Virus record (IMG/VR): IMGVR_UViG_3300037851_000268
Span: 1-44,033 of that record
Length of the DNA stretch: 44,033 nucleotides
Reading direction: 5' to 3' (one strand)
From: a virus
Lineage: Duplodnaviria; Caudoviricetes
Part shown: piece by piece, positions 35,151 to 43,830 of the stretch
Layout: each line of letters begins with the position of its first letter
Numbering within the stretch: the first letter of the stretch is position 1
Translations under genes and position numbers: made by a program
Notes under the pieces: model-generated
What the model saw: only the letters and a program-made list of their open reading frames with translations
Database searches by the model: none
Told to the model about the DNA's origin: nothing

Positions 35151-35540
35151 TTACGGCACGGCCTGGAGGTTGGCCGGCGCGGCGAGCATGTACATGACGA
35201 CGTTGAGCGGCAATGAGGTCGCGGTCAGGACCGACGTGCCATCGGTGCGCGTCACCCGCACGGTGATCGCGTGCGCGCCAGGCGTCATCGACGGCAGCGG
35301 CGACGTGCAGGTCGCGAGCGTGCCCGCCGTGTTGAGCACGCACGCCGACGGCAGCACGGCGGCCTGGCCGGCCGGCACGACGCCATCGACGAGTTTGTCC
35401 CAGGTCATCAGCGCGAGGTCGGCCGCGTTGGCGACGGACTGGTCCCAACGCAGGTTCTGGTTCGGCGTGACGGTGCTCTGCGCGTGCGCGAGGGCAGGCA
35501 CCGTGAGCAGGATCAGCGTCAGTAGTAGTCGTCGCATCAT
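35151..35540 (-). CDS. Signal-peptide protein with Fn3/Ig-like domain
   Basis: MMRRLLLTLILLTVPALAHA-Q signal; W, Cys pair, PGAHAITV, AAPANL. Confidence 0.7.
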   Translation of the reverse strand: MMRRLLLTLILLTVPALAHAQSTVTPNQNLRWDQSVANAADLALMTWDKLVDGVVPAGQAAVLPSACVLNTAGTLATCTSPLPSMTPGAHAITVRVTRTDGTSVLTATSLPLNVVMYMLAAPANLQAVP

Positions 35541-35621
35541 CGCACTCCTAGAAGGGTGAGGTAGTTGGGTCGTTGTGCCGGGGGCGCGGCGCCCTGAGAA
35601 TGCAGCAGCGTCAGCAGCATG

Positions 35622-36470
35622 TCAGATCCCGCCCGCCGGGAGGATCATGAAGTTCGGCGGGACCAGCGCCCGCCGCGCCGGGTGGTTGAACGTATGGGTC
35701 GCGCCGTTCACTGTAGGAGTTTTGTATCCCGCCTGCGACCCCGGTCCCCAACAGTAGATCGACGCCGCCGCATTGTTTGGCGGTGAGTCCAAAGGATGCA
35801 CGTTCCAGTGATAGTTGGGAACCGAGGCCGCGCCCCCCTTACAGTGGCTGATCCAGTGATAGGGAATGCTGTCCTTCCACGTCGGGCAGACAACAAATCG
35901 CCATGCCATGTCGGCTTCGGCCTGTGTGATGCCCGAGGCAGCAGCTACCCAGAACGCAACAGCTTGGCTGGCATACGTGCCAACGCTTGCTACGCTGAAG
36001 GACAGATGCGCGATGTCTCCTTGGAAGGCCACCGTGCCCGTGCCCCGGTTGCCCGCGTAGAGGCTCGTCCCGCCAGCCGTGTAATTCCCTGACCCTGCGA
36101 CGGCGGCGCTCCCACTGATCTCGACCGGCGGCTGCTCTTCGGTGCCAATCCAGCATCGAATGGATGGGTCGGACCCATTGACCGCCGACCACTCGATGGC
36201 GATGAACTGCCACTTATTCGTGACGATGCCTGCCCCGGAGGTGACCCACTCGGTGTCCGTGGTAGCCCGATCCACGTAGAACCGAAGCTCGCTGGTAGTG
36301 GTATCCACGGCGAGGCCGAGGACGTTGCCATCGCTCCAGTAGAACCGCCCTGCTGTGAGTGTGGTGGGATAGAACCACCCGGTCACAAGGTTGGCGGTAT
36401 TGGTCCCGCCCATCGTCAGGCCCGTCCACGTAATGTCGTCGGAGGTCGCCCCTCCGAAGGTGTAGGCCAT
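35622..36470 (-). CDS. LamG/ConA-like receptor-binding protein
   Basis: WFYPT...NKWQFIA...GN......FQGDIAHL; visibly lower GC3. Confidence 0.65.
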   Translation of the reverse strand: MAYTFGGATSDDITWTGLTMGGTNTANLVTGWFYPTTLTAGRFYWSDGNVLGLAVDTTTSELRFYVDRATTDTEWVTSGAGIVTNKWQFIAIEWSAVNGSDPSIRCWIGTEEQPPVEISGSAAVAGSGNYTAGGTSLYAGNRGTGTVAFQGDIAHLSFSVASVGTYASQAVAFWVAAASGITQAEADMAWRFVVCPTWKDSIPYHWISHCKGGAASVPNYHWNVHPLDSPPNNAAASIYCWGPGSQAGYKTPTVNGATHTFNHPARRALVPPNFMILPAGGI

Positions 36471-37225
36471 CAGTCCCGCTCCACGAACAGCGAGTACTTC
36501 AGCGAGTCGGCCCCTCCGGCAAACACCGCGTTGGCCGTGCGGGTGATCGCCCCGAGGAAGAGGCTTGTGGCCGCACAGACGTAGGGGATCGACAGGTTGT
36601 GCGCCGCGAGGAAGTGGTTGCCCCCGAGGTCCACGTAGGACACCAGCGAGATCATCGCCTGACACTTCGCCGCGTCCGTGTCGCTGATCGACGGGGTCGA
36701 GTTGTCGGTGCCGAACGTCACCGTCTCGCCGAACAGGAAGATGTCCATCGCGCCGATCACGTCGGAGATGTCCGTGATGACCACCGAGGTGATCCGTCCA
36801 GTGCCGCCCGACTTCCGCGCGGCGTTGGTGAACTCGATCACGGCCCCGAGCGTATCCCCCGCCGCGTAAGACGTGGTGACCGTGGTCAGGCCTGAGGAGG
36901 AGACCTGGATGCGCGACTGGTCGCGGGTGAGGACCACGTGCTGCTTCCCGCTGGCGGTCACCGACAGCGGCGTGTAGTCCCCATCGGTGCCGGACTTCGC
37001 GGCGTCGCCATCGTTGCGGACGGCGAGCGTCTGGAAGCCGGGGTCGCCACTGGCGCTGGCGTCGTCTTCCAGCTTGACGAGCTCGCCGACCGTCTTCGAG
37101 CCTTCCGACCCCGTGACATGGACGAGGCGCACGACCTGCACCAGGGTCGTGTCGCCCGAATAGGTGACCTCGTCGCTGGCGACAGAGGCTCCGGTGCCTG
37201 GGGTGTATCCGACGTTGTCAGCCAT
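36470..37225 (-). CDS. Virion fibre/spike-associated protein
   Basis: MADNV..TPGTGA.VA.D start; shares the ED...GD.G..LAVR.D...TDGD module with 37844-39988. Confidence 0.65.
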   Translation of the reverse strand: MADNVGYTPGTGASVASDEVTYSGDTTLVQVVRLVHVTGSEGSKTVGELVKLEDDASASGDPGFQTLAVRNDGDAAKSGTDGDYTPLSVTASGKQHVVLTRDQSRIQVSSSGLTTVTTSYAAGDTLGAVIEFTNAARKSGGTGRITSVVITDISDVIGAMDIFLFGETVTFGTDNSTPSISDTDAAKCQAMISLVSYVDLGGNHFLAAHNLSIPYVCAATSLFLGAITRTANAVFAGGADSLKYSLFVERD

Positions 37226-37847
37226 GGACGAGTTCCTTCGAAAGTTCCTGCCACGAGGCCGCTGGATAGATCGTCCCCGTCGCAGAGTCACGGTGATGGG
37301 CGAAGGCCGCTTCGGACGTGTCCACCAGGGGCTGATACCCCGCCTCGGCCGCGCGCCGCAGGAAGAACACGTCCTCGCTCACGTCCTGCCCATGGACCGC
37401 GCGCGAGAGGGTCCGGAACCACGGCGCGGGCAGCGCGCGGAAGACCGCCGTCTCGATCAACGTGAGGCCCATGCCGTGCGCCCAGCAGGGGACGAGTTGG
37501 TTGGGCGCCCACGTCATCGTGCCTTCGCCGGGGCCGCTCCAGAGCAGCGGAGAGTCCAAAGGACTCTTCTGGTAGTAGAGGCCGCTAACGATGGGCCGCT
37601 TGCGCGACAGCAGGGTCAGGAGCACGTCTGAGTGGAAGAGCACGTCGTCATCGACAAAGAAGACGTGCGAGGCTCCGCGCTCCAAGGCTCCGTGGACGAT
37701 GCGGTTCCGCTTCTCGGCGATCCCGTCCTCTCCGAGCACGTAGTCCTGCACGAACGTGCTGTTGGGCGGGACGCGCAGATGGAACAACCGCGTCATCCAG
37801 TCGATGCTCACCAGGCCGAGGGTCGGAACGCCGAAGACGATGGTCAC
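37218..37847 (-). CDS. GT-A fold (family 2-like) glycosyltransferase
   Basis: GVPT, IAEKRN, FFVDDD (DxD), IVSGLY, GMGLTLI...VF, SEDVFF. Confidence 0.85.
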   Translation of the reverse strand: MTIVFGVPTLGLVSIDWMTRLFHLRVPPNSTFVQDYVLGEDGIAEKRNRIVHGALERGASHVFFVDDDVLFHSDVLLTLLSRKRPIVSGLYYQKSPLDSPLLWSGPGEGTMTWAPNQLVPCWAHGMGLTLIETAVFRALPAPWFRTLSRAVHGQDVSEDVFFLRRAAEAGYQPLVDTSEAAFAHHRDSATGTIYPAASWQELSKELVHG

Positions 37848-39988
37848 TTGTAGAAGATGTTGACGAGCACTTCGTTGGCACCGGGCGCTCCGGTGTCGGT
37901 ATCCGCGACGCCCGTTGTCGCGGCCACGGTGATTGCCGTCGAGAAGGCGATGCCGAAGGCTGACGAGAAGACGCCCGAGATGTCGTCCGAGGAGTTGCCG
38001 GGTAGCGCCAGGGTCAGCACCGGCGTGGTCGTCCCGACCGTCACGCTGGCCGCCGTCGCGTTGTAGAACTTCAGGAACCGCGTCGAGGTCGCGAGGTTGC
38101 TGAACCAGAGCCCATAGACCTGGCCGGCGCTCGCCTTGACTTCTTCCTCGGTTTCGTCCAGGTCGATGCTGCGGAAGAGGTCCAGGCCCCCGGAGGTTTC
38201 CGGCTTGGGCTGCACCGCGAAGGTGCCCGCGTTGTCCACCGTGAGGCTCGACCCGTTGTCATCGACACTGAGGACGCCCGTCGAGTCGCTGGCGACCGTG
38301 ACGCGCAGCGCGGTGGCTTCCGTGCCGCCGCCCGTCGTCGAGAGCGGGGCCGGCACGGTGAGGACATCCACGTCCCCGATGTTCGCGGTGCCCGCGACGA
38401 GCGCCGGGAGCGTGAGCACGTCTACCTGCAATTCGCCGCTCGTGTCGGTCTTCAGCAAACGCGCGTTCGTGCCGTCGGTGCCGGCCGCCGCGAGGCCCTT
38501 GGTGGGCACCGCCGCCGCCACCGTCGCGACCGCGTCATCGATCAGTTGCAGCGCGGTCGTCTGCGTCTGCTGCTCCGCGAGGGTCGAGGCCCCGGTCGGG
38601 AGCGGCAGCGAGGCGGCGCTCACCGGCTGCGTGACGCCCGAGCCGTTGACGTGCAAGCGGCCGTTGGCGTCCACGACGAGCACCGTGCGGTCGCCGTCGC
38701 TGCCGACCTGCGAGGCCGCCGTGTCGGCGCGCACGACGCCGGCCATGGTCAGCTTCTCGCCCGCCGCGCTCGCCGTGTCCTCGTCGTATTGCGTGCCGCC
38801 GCCGACACTGACCTCGGCGCCCGTCGCGTCGCGCAGGTTGACGTGGATCGCCCGCTTCGCCGTGAGACGCACGGCGGCGGCCTGGTCTTCGGTCGGGTCG
38901 CTCGCCGTCTCGTTGTAGACACCCGCAATGGGCGTCGCATTCGTCGTGCCGTCGGTGAAGGATGATCGGTCGGCCTGCGCTGTGCCGCCGCTGCCGCCGA
39001 AGCTGTCGATGAACGCGCCCGCGCTCGACACGACCTGGACGAAGGCTGCGCCGTAGTTGGTGCCCCGCTGGGCGACGTTGTCACCGTCGGTCGAGGTGAT
39101 GGCGGCGGGTGTGTCCTTGCGGACCAGGATGGGCACGGTGCCCACGGGGTCGGCGGCTGCGGCCGCGTCCTCGGTGTATTGCGTGCCGCCGCCGAAGCTC
39201 GTGATCTGCGTGCCTGACCCGTCCACGATGGCGACCGCGACCGGGTTGGAGTTAGTGAGGTCCAACACGTCGGCCACGTCGGTGCCGTCGGTGATCTTCA
39301 CGCGCCCGATGGCGTTGTCGCCCGCCGGCAGCGCCGGCAGCGTGAGCACGTCCACATCGCCGATGTTGTTGGTGCCGGCGGCCAGGTTCGCCGTCACCGT
39401 GCCGTCCACGGTGAGCGATGCGCCGTTGTCATCCACACTCACGACGCCCGTCGAGTCGTTCGCGAGCGTGACGCGGAGCGCGGCGGCCTCGGTGCCGCCA
39501 CCGGTCGTCGAGAGCGGCGCGGGCACCGACAACACGTCCACGTCGCCGATGTTCGCCGTGCCGGCCACGAGCGCGGGCAGGCTGGAGACGGCCACGGTGC
39601 CGTCCACCGTGAGGCTCCCGCCGTTGTCGTCCACGGAGAGCACGCCGGTCGAGTCGTTGGCGATCGTGACCCGCTGCGCGGTCGCTTCGGTGCCGCCGCC
39701 CGTGGTTGACAGCGGCGCGGGTACCGAGAGCACGTCCACGTCGCCGATGTTGTTGGTGCCGGCGGCCAGGTTCGCGGTGACGGTGCCCGTGACCGTGACA
39801 TCGTTGTTCGCGCCGAGGTTCACGAGCAGGCCGTCGGTCGCGCTGACCGGGGCGATCTGCGTCGCCGTCGAGCCGGCGATCTGCACGCGCTCGCGCTCCA
39901 CCGTGTTCGAGCCGACGGTCAACTGCTCGGTGTCGAGCTTCTTGTCGATCGTCGTCGGCTCGTCGATGCCGATGTAGGAGTCAGCCAC
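37844..39988 (-). CDS. Long repetitive fibre protein (Gly/Thr/Asp-rich)
   Basis: Three ~55-aa repeats AGTxNIGDVDVL..PAPLSTTGGGTEA..RVT.A.DSTGV.SVDDNG.SLTVD; GGGTQY.ED repeats. Confidence 0.75.
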   Translation of the reverse strand: MADSYIGIDEPTTIDKKLDTEQLTVGSNTVERERVQIAGSTATQIAPVSATDGLLVNLGANNDVTVTGTVTANLAAGTNNIGDVDVLSVPAPLSTTGGGTEATAQRVTIANDSTGVLSVDDNGGSLTVDGTVAVSSLPALVAGTANIGDVDVLSVPAPLSTTGGGTEAAALRVTLANDSTGVVSVDDNGASLTVDGTVTANLAAGTNNIGDVDVLTLPALPAGDNAIGRVKITDGTDVADVLDLTNSNPVAVAIVDGSGTQITSFGGGTQYTEDAAAAADPVGTVPILVRKDTPAAITSTDGDNVAQRGTNYGAAFVQVVSSAGAFIDSFGGSGGTAQADRSSFTDGTTNATPIAGVYNETASDPTEDQAAAVRLTAKRAIHVNLRDATGAEVSVGGGTQYDEDTASAAGEKLTMAGVVRADTAASQVGSDGDRTVLVVDANGRLHVNGSGVTQPVSAASLPLPTGASTLAEQQTQTTALQLIDDAVATVAAAVPTKGLAAAGTDGTNARLLKTDTSGELQVDVLTLPALVAGTANIGDVDVLTVPAPLSTTGGGTEATALRVTVASDSTGVLSVDDNGSSLTVDNAGTFAVQPKPETSGGLDLFRSIDLDETEEEVKASAGQVYGLWFSNLATSTRFLKFYNATAASVTVGTTTPVLTLALPGNSSDDISGVFSSAFGIAFSTAITVAATTGVADTDTGAPGANEVLVNIFYK

Positions 39989-40447
39989 CTAACGTCCTCG
40001 TTCTTTCAGCGCGAGATAGGCGAGTTCGAGCGCCGCGCCGCGCAGGTGCCCGGTCCGCACCGGCACCTGGCCGAAGGACTCGACGGCCGCGAGGTGCCGC
40101 CACACGTTCTCGCTCACGCCCGCCACGCGGCCCATGCGCTGCGCGACCTGCGCCCAGCCTCCCTTGTCCCTGAAGCCTTCCGCCGTCGCCGCCTGACGCA
40201 CCGCAGACCGCGCCAGCGCATATGTGGGCGACCACACGAGCCGGAGGAGACGCCAGGTGAGCCAGAGACGCTCGGGGAGGGCGCGTTCGAGGCGGCGCAG
40301 CCAGCGGCGCAGCCACTTCGGGCGCGTGACAGGTGGGGTCACGGGAGCCGTCGCGAGCAGGACCGCCGGCCAGGCGGTCGGCAGCGCCCACGCGACGACG
40401 AGGAGGCCGGCGGTGACGGCCGCCTGCCAGCCGGCGTAGCCGGGCAC
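39989..40447 (-). CDS. Membrane-associated hypothetical protein
   Basis: N-terminal hydrophobic helices, Arg-rich middle. Confidence 0.55.
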   Translation of the reverse strand: MPGYAGWQAAVTAGLLVVAWALPTAWPAVLLATAPVTPPVTRPKWLRRWLRRLERALPERLWLTWRLLRLVWSPTYALARSAVRQAATAEGFRDKGGWAQVAQRMGRVAGVSENVWRHLAAVESFGQVPVRTGHLRGAALELAYLALKERGR

Positions 40448-40527
40448 GGACGACGGCGGTTCCGGGCCGACCCCGTCGCCAGGCCAGAAGTGCTCGTGCA
40501 GGGCCTGGAGAGCGATAATGCCACCCC

Positions 40528-40881
40528 CTACGTCAGCCGTTCGGCCTGGATGCCGACCGACGCGGTGCCGGTCAGGGCGTCGTCCATGACCACGCGGAAC
40601 CGCTCACCGGTAGCGGTCGCCACGAAGCGGAAGACATACTGCCCGCTCTGGCCGGCGGGCGAGTAGAGCACGACGGTGTCGGAGACGTTCGCGCCGTTCG
40701 CCGCGTTGCGATGTTGCAGCATGAACTGGGCGGCGGCTGACCCGCCGCACGTCACGCGCACCTCGTAGATGCCGTCGTGCGGGAGTGCCCCGGTGTCGGC
40801 CATGACCGTGGCCGCCGTCGGGTTGGTGGACTCCGCGACGGAGTCCCAGATCGGAGGGTTGCCGTAGTCGGCGACTGCCAT
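40528..40881 (-). CDS. Small structural protein
   Basis: GGAGG RBS; beta-rich; second gene after MCP. Confidence 0.65.
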   Translation of the reverse strand: MAVADYGNPPIWDSVAESTNPTAATVMADTGALPHDGIYEVRVTCGGSAAAQFMLQHRNAANGANVSDTVVLYSPAGQSGQYVFRFVATATGERFRVVMDDALTGTASVGIQAERLT

Positions 40882-40894
40882 GAGCGGACCCTCC

Positions 40895-41299
40895 TCAGTG
40901 GACCGACATGATCAGGACCGCCGTGTTGCTCGTGACGTAGACGTGGAACAGACGCTGCGCGTTCTGCGCGATCGTCATCGTGCCCTTCAGCGTCACGCCC
41001 GTGCCTGCCGTGACCGTGATCGTCTCGGCGGCGTCCGCGTCGTTCTTGATCACGCAGCAGAAGGACGTGCCCGCGTGCGTCCGACCGGGTCGGCGCTCTT
41101 CGAGCGCGGCCACGATCAGTGCGGCGGTCGGCGTCACGTCGGAGCGGCTCGCGCCGTTCGGGTCGCGGAAGATCAGCCCGTTGAGCAGCTGCGCCGCTGT
41201 GTAGGTGACAGCCCCGGCCGTCGTGATTGTGGCGGGCGCGCAGGCGTTCAGCGGGACGGACTCTTCAGTGGCGATGCCGGAGAAGTGAGTGAAACCCAT
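40895..41299 (-). CDS. Minor capsid/decoration-like protein
   Basis: MGFTHFSG start, TAAQL..G...D.TPTAA motif; first gene after MCP. Confidence 0.65.
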   Translation of the reverse strand: MGFTHFSGIATEESVPLNACAPATITTAGAVTYTAAQLLNGLIFRDPNGASRSDVTPTAALIVAALEERRPGRTHAGTSFCCVIKNDADAAETITVTAGTGVTLKGTMTIAQNAQRLFHVYVTSNTAVLIMSVH

Positions 41300-41305
41300 G
41301 ATGGA

Positions 41306-41403
41306 CCCTCAGCGCAGGTGAAGCGCACCGGGCAGCCCCTGCGAGCCACTCGCCCCTCGCGCGGCGAGCACCCGGTGCGGTCGAGAAGATGCGAGGTCGA
41401 GGG
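41306..41403 (-). promoter_or_regulatory. Structured intercistronic RNA after the MCP stop
   Basis: Nested stems CCCTC/GAGGG, CGCA/TGCG, CGCACCGGG/CCCGGTGCG, CTCGCC/GGCGAG. Confidence 0.6.
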
Positions 41404-41405
41404 CG

Positions 41406-42326
41406 CTACGCGCCGCTCGTGCCGTAGACGTTCTGCCAGAGGAACGCATCCCAGGCCTGCCGGAAGCGGATCTTGTAGATCCGGTTCCCGGTGCGCGAGT
41501 CCTGCATCGGCGGGGCCTGCGTGATCGGCAGGCGGTCGATGCAGACCAGGCCGTGCTGGCTCTTCGCCGCCGCGACGAGGAACCAGGCGTCCGCGTCCGA
41601 CAGGTAGGGGTTCACCACGATCTCGATGTTGCGCCGACGCTTGATCGGGTTGACATCGTTGTCGGCTGAACCGGGGAGCGCCGTCGTGTTGACGATCCGG
41701 TCCGCGAGCATCTCCAGTGCCGGCGGCACGTAGAGGATCCACGAGGTGACCGGCGCGACCAGCTGGCCGCTCTCCAGCTTCGTCTCCGTCTGCACGTCGA
41801 TCATCGCCTGCTGCAGCGATGCGAACGAGAGGTCCGCATCGGTGCTCGGGCGGTTCTTCGCCGTGCCGCCGCCCTTCAGGACGTGCGCCGTGTTGAAGAG
41901 CGACACGCCGTCCGGGGTGGTCTGCGTGCCGAAGCCGTTGTTGAACGGCCGCGCCGCATACTTCTCCTGCACGACGCGCGCGCTGAACGCGAGCCACGTC
42001 GCGTACTTCGAGAGCACGTCGAACTGGTCGTCTTCGAGCGCCGTCTCCGACGCCTCGAACCCCATGCCGAACTCGACGGGCGTCACGTCCTTGCTGTAGC
42101 CGGGGCGGATCAGGTCGAAGGTGTAGGTCGCCCCCTCGCCCTTCTCCGGCACGTCCCCGAACGGCTGCACCGTCTGGAACCGCTCGAACTTGCGGTCGCT
42201 CGACTTCCGGTCGTAGACGGCCGTCCACTTCGGCGGCAGCTCCTTGAGCTGCTTGCCGAGCAGCGCCGTGACGACCTTGTCGACGTTGTCGTAGAGTTCT
42301 GCGAAAGTTCCTCGCACCTGAGCCAT
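41406..42326 (-). CDS. Major capsid protein (Mu gpT-like HK97 fold)
   Basis: EKGEG...D, EDDQF, FNNGF...DGVSLF...H, L.VPPAL, NDVNP, VNPYLSDADAWF. Confidence 0.9.
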   Translation of the reverse strand: MAQVRGTFAELYDNVDKVVTALLGKQLKELPPKWTAVYDRKSSDRKFERFQTVQPFGDVPEKGEGATYTFDLIRPGYSKDVTPVEFGMGFEASETALEDDQFDVLSKYATWLAFSARVVQEKYAARPFNNGFGTQTTPDGVSLFNTAHVLKGGGTAKNRPSTDADLSFASLQQAMIDVQTETKLESGQLVAPVTSWILYVPPALEMLADRIVNTTALPGSADNDVNPIKRRRNIEIVVNPYLSDADAWFLVAAAKSQHGLVCIDRLPITQAPPMQDSRTGNRIYKIRFRQAWDAFLWQNVYGTSGA

Positions 42327-42346
42327 GGTGATGTCTCCTTAGTCGC

Positions 42347-42826
42347 CTAGATGGCGAGCACACCGGGCAGCAGCGCCGCCGCCTGGAAGTGGAAGACCAC
42401 CCGACCGTTGGTGTCGCCGACGGCGTCGAGGATCTCGGTGATGACGACCTTCTTGTTCGTCGTGTCCGACTTGTCCACGCGGAACACGTCGTAGGTGCCG
42501 TCGAGCACGATCCCGTAGCCCACACCGATGTCGGTGACGGCCGTGACCGCTGACGCTTCGACGTGCGCGATGTACTCGCTGGTGACATCGGCGACGTAGA
42601 CGCCGATGGGCGAGTCGGTGGTGCCGGTGGCGGCCTGCGCCGCGATGCCGAGGATCGTGTTCGCCGCCGGGTCGCTGGCCGCTTTCGTGACCTTGCCGCT
42701 CGACAGGATCACGAGGTGACCGGCCTTGAACGACTGCGATGCCGCCTCGGGGTAGTACTTGATCTGCACCTTCGACATGTCGCGCGGGCGCATGTGCGAG
42801 TTGGTGCCAACTCCGATGGTTGCCAT
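42347..42826 (-). CDS. Head decoration/cement protein
   Basis: SFKAGHLV...ILGIA...DIG motif immediately upstream of MCP; AGGAGG RBS. Confidence 0.7.
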   Translation of the reverse strand: MATIGVGTNSHMRPRDMSKVQIKYYPEAASQSFKAGHLVILSSGKVTKAASDPAANTILGIAAQAATGTTDSPIGVYVADVTSEYIAHVEASAVTAVTDIGVGYGIVLDGTYDVFRVDKSDTTNKKVVITEILDAVGDTNGRVVFHFQAAALLPGVLAI

Positions 42827-43140
42827 GCCCTACACCTCCTCGTGCGAACGCTCGCGCGCCGCAGAGTGGATCAGAGGTTGGTGGTGAGGGTCGGGGCCAT
42901 GCTGCGTCGAGTGCCGACCAGGTCCACTCGACGTGCGCGCGACAGGTCCGGGCGTCGCCCCCGAGGTGCCGCTTGACGGTGGGCACGCACCGCACACTTA
43001 CAGCGCGCCGTGGAGCGGCCGGCGCAACGCCGCGCACGTACAGCATCGGCACGGGAGGCCGGCGCGCGGTCCGCGACTGGAGGACACGACCCGCGCGCCG
43101 GGTGCTGGTGCAGCCCGAAGGCCACGCCATGCCGCGCACC
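42827..43140 (-). ncRNA. Putative structured ncRNA / long leader of the capsid operon
   Basis: Gene-free ~310 nt with at least seven complementary stems and a C(UUCG)G tetraloop, directly behind a promoter. Confidence 0.65.
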
Positions 43141-43143
43141 CGC

Positions 43144-43172
43144 ATCATGCACATTCGACGCGGGCGCGTCAA
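43144..43172 (-). promoter_or_regulatory. Sigma70-type promoter of the capsid operon
   Basis: TTGACG-17 bp-CATGAT. Confidence 0.65.
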
Positions 43173-43188
43173 CTCGACGCCGTGAAGT

Positions 43189-43830
43189 CTACCCGCCGAC
43201 CAGGCGTTCCCGGCCGACGGTGATGTCGCCGACGAGCGAGCCGGCGACCGCCGCCGCCTCGTCGCCCGAGATGCCGCCGAAGCGCGGGTCGAGCGTGCTC
43301 GCCGCCGCGGCCGCGTCGCGTTGCAGGTCTTCCTTCAGCTGCTTCGGCGTGTCCTTCGCGAGCCGGCGCGCCTCCTGCGCGCGCTTGATCGCCGTGAAGT
43401 AGCGCAGCGGCATCTTGAGCAGCCGTTCGACGCCCTTCTCGCCCCGCGCCACGCACTCGGGCGAGGCCTCGAAGCGGTCGCTCACGTCGTCGCGCGAGAC
43501 CAGCTCGTCCCAGCGCACCGGCACGTAGCCGAGGCCCTGCGTCACTTGGTGATAGCGGTTCGGGATCGCCGTGTTGACCCAGCGCAGGTGCCACTTCCGC
43601 GACCCGCCGACCGGCTCGTCGCGCAGGCGGATGGGCACCGACCCCGGCGTCTCCGGGTCGAGCAGTCGGCGTTCGAGCAGGTCGAGCACGTCGGGCGGCA
43701 GGCTGGCGAACTCGGCCTCGGCGTTGAACACCGTGTCGGGCGACGGCAGCGGCGGCGCGTCGAGGTCAGCGTCGATCGCGGAGGCCGCCGCGAGGGCCTC
43801 GGCGAGGATGGTCGACTTCTTCTGGCTCAC
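43189..43830 (-). CDS. Conserved head-cluster protein following the scaffold
   Basis: LRWVN...GYVPV...G....LLKMP pattern; GTG with GGAGG RBS. Confidence 0.7.
   Translation of the reverse strand: MSQKKSTILAEALAAASAIDADLDAPPLPSPDTVFNAEAEFASLPPDVLDLLERRLLDPETPGSVPIRLRDEPVGGSRKWHLRWVNTAIPNRYHQVTQGLGYVPVRWDELVSRDDVSDRFEASPECVARGEKGVERLLKMPLRYFTAIKRAQEARRLAKDTPKQLKEDLQRDAAAAASTLDPRFGGISGDEAAAVAGSLVGDITVGRERLVGG

Noticed and set aside
35622-39988. Diversity-generating retroelement acting on fibre genes
   Set aside because: No reverse transcriptase and no template/variable repeat pair; the repeats are ordinary intragenic protein repeats
41300-41408. Stop-codon readthrough from MCP into the next gene
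   Set aside because: The 106-nt spacer puts the next gene out of frame and no slippery heptamer is evident
42871-43152. 93-aa ORF in the structured leader
   Set aside because: Its start overlaps the -10 region, there is no RBS, and the composition is atypical
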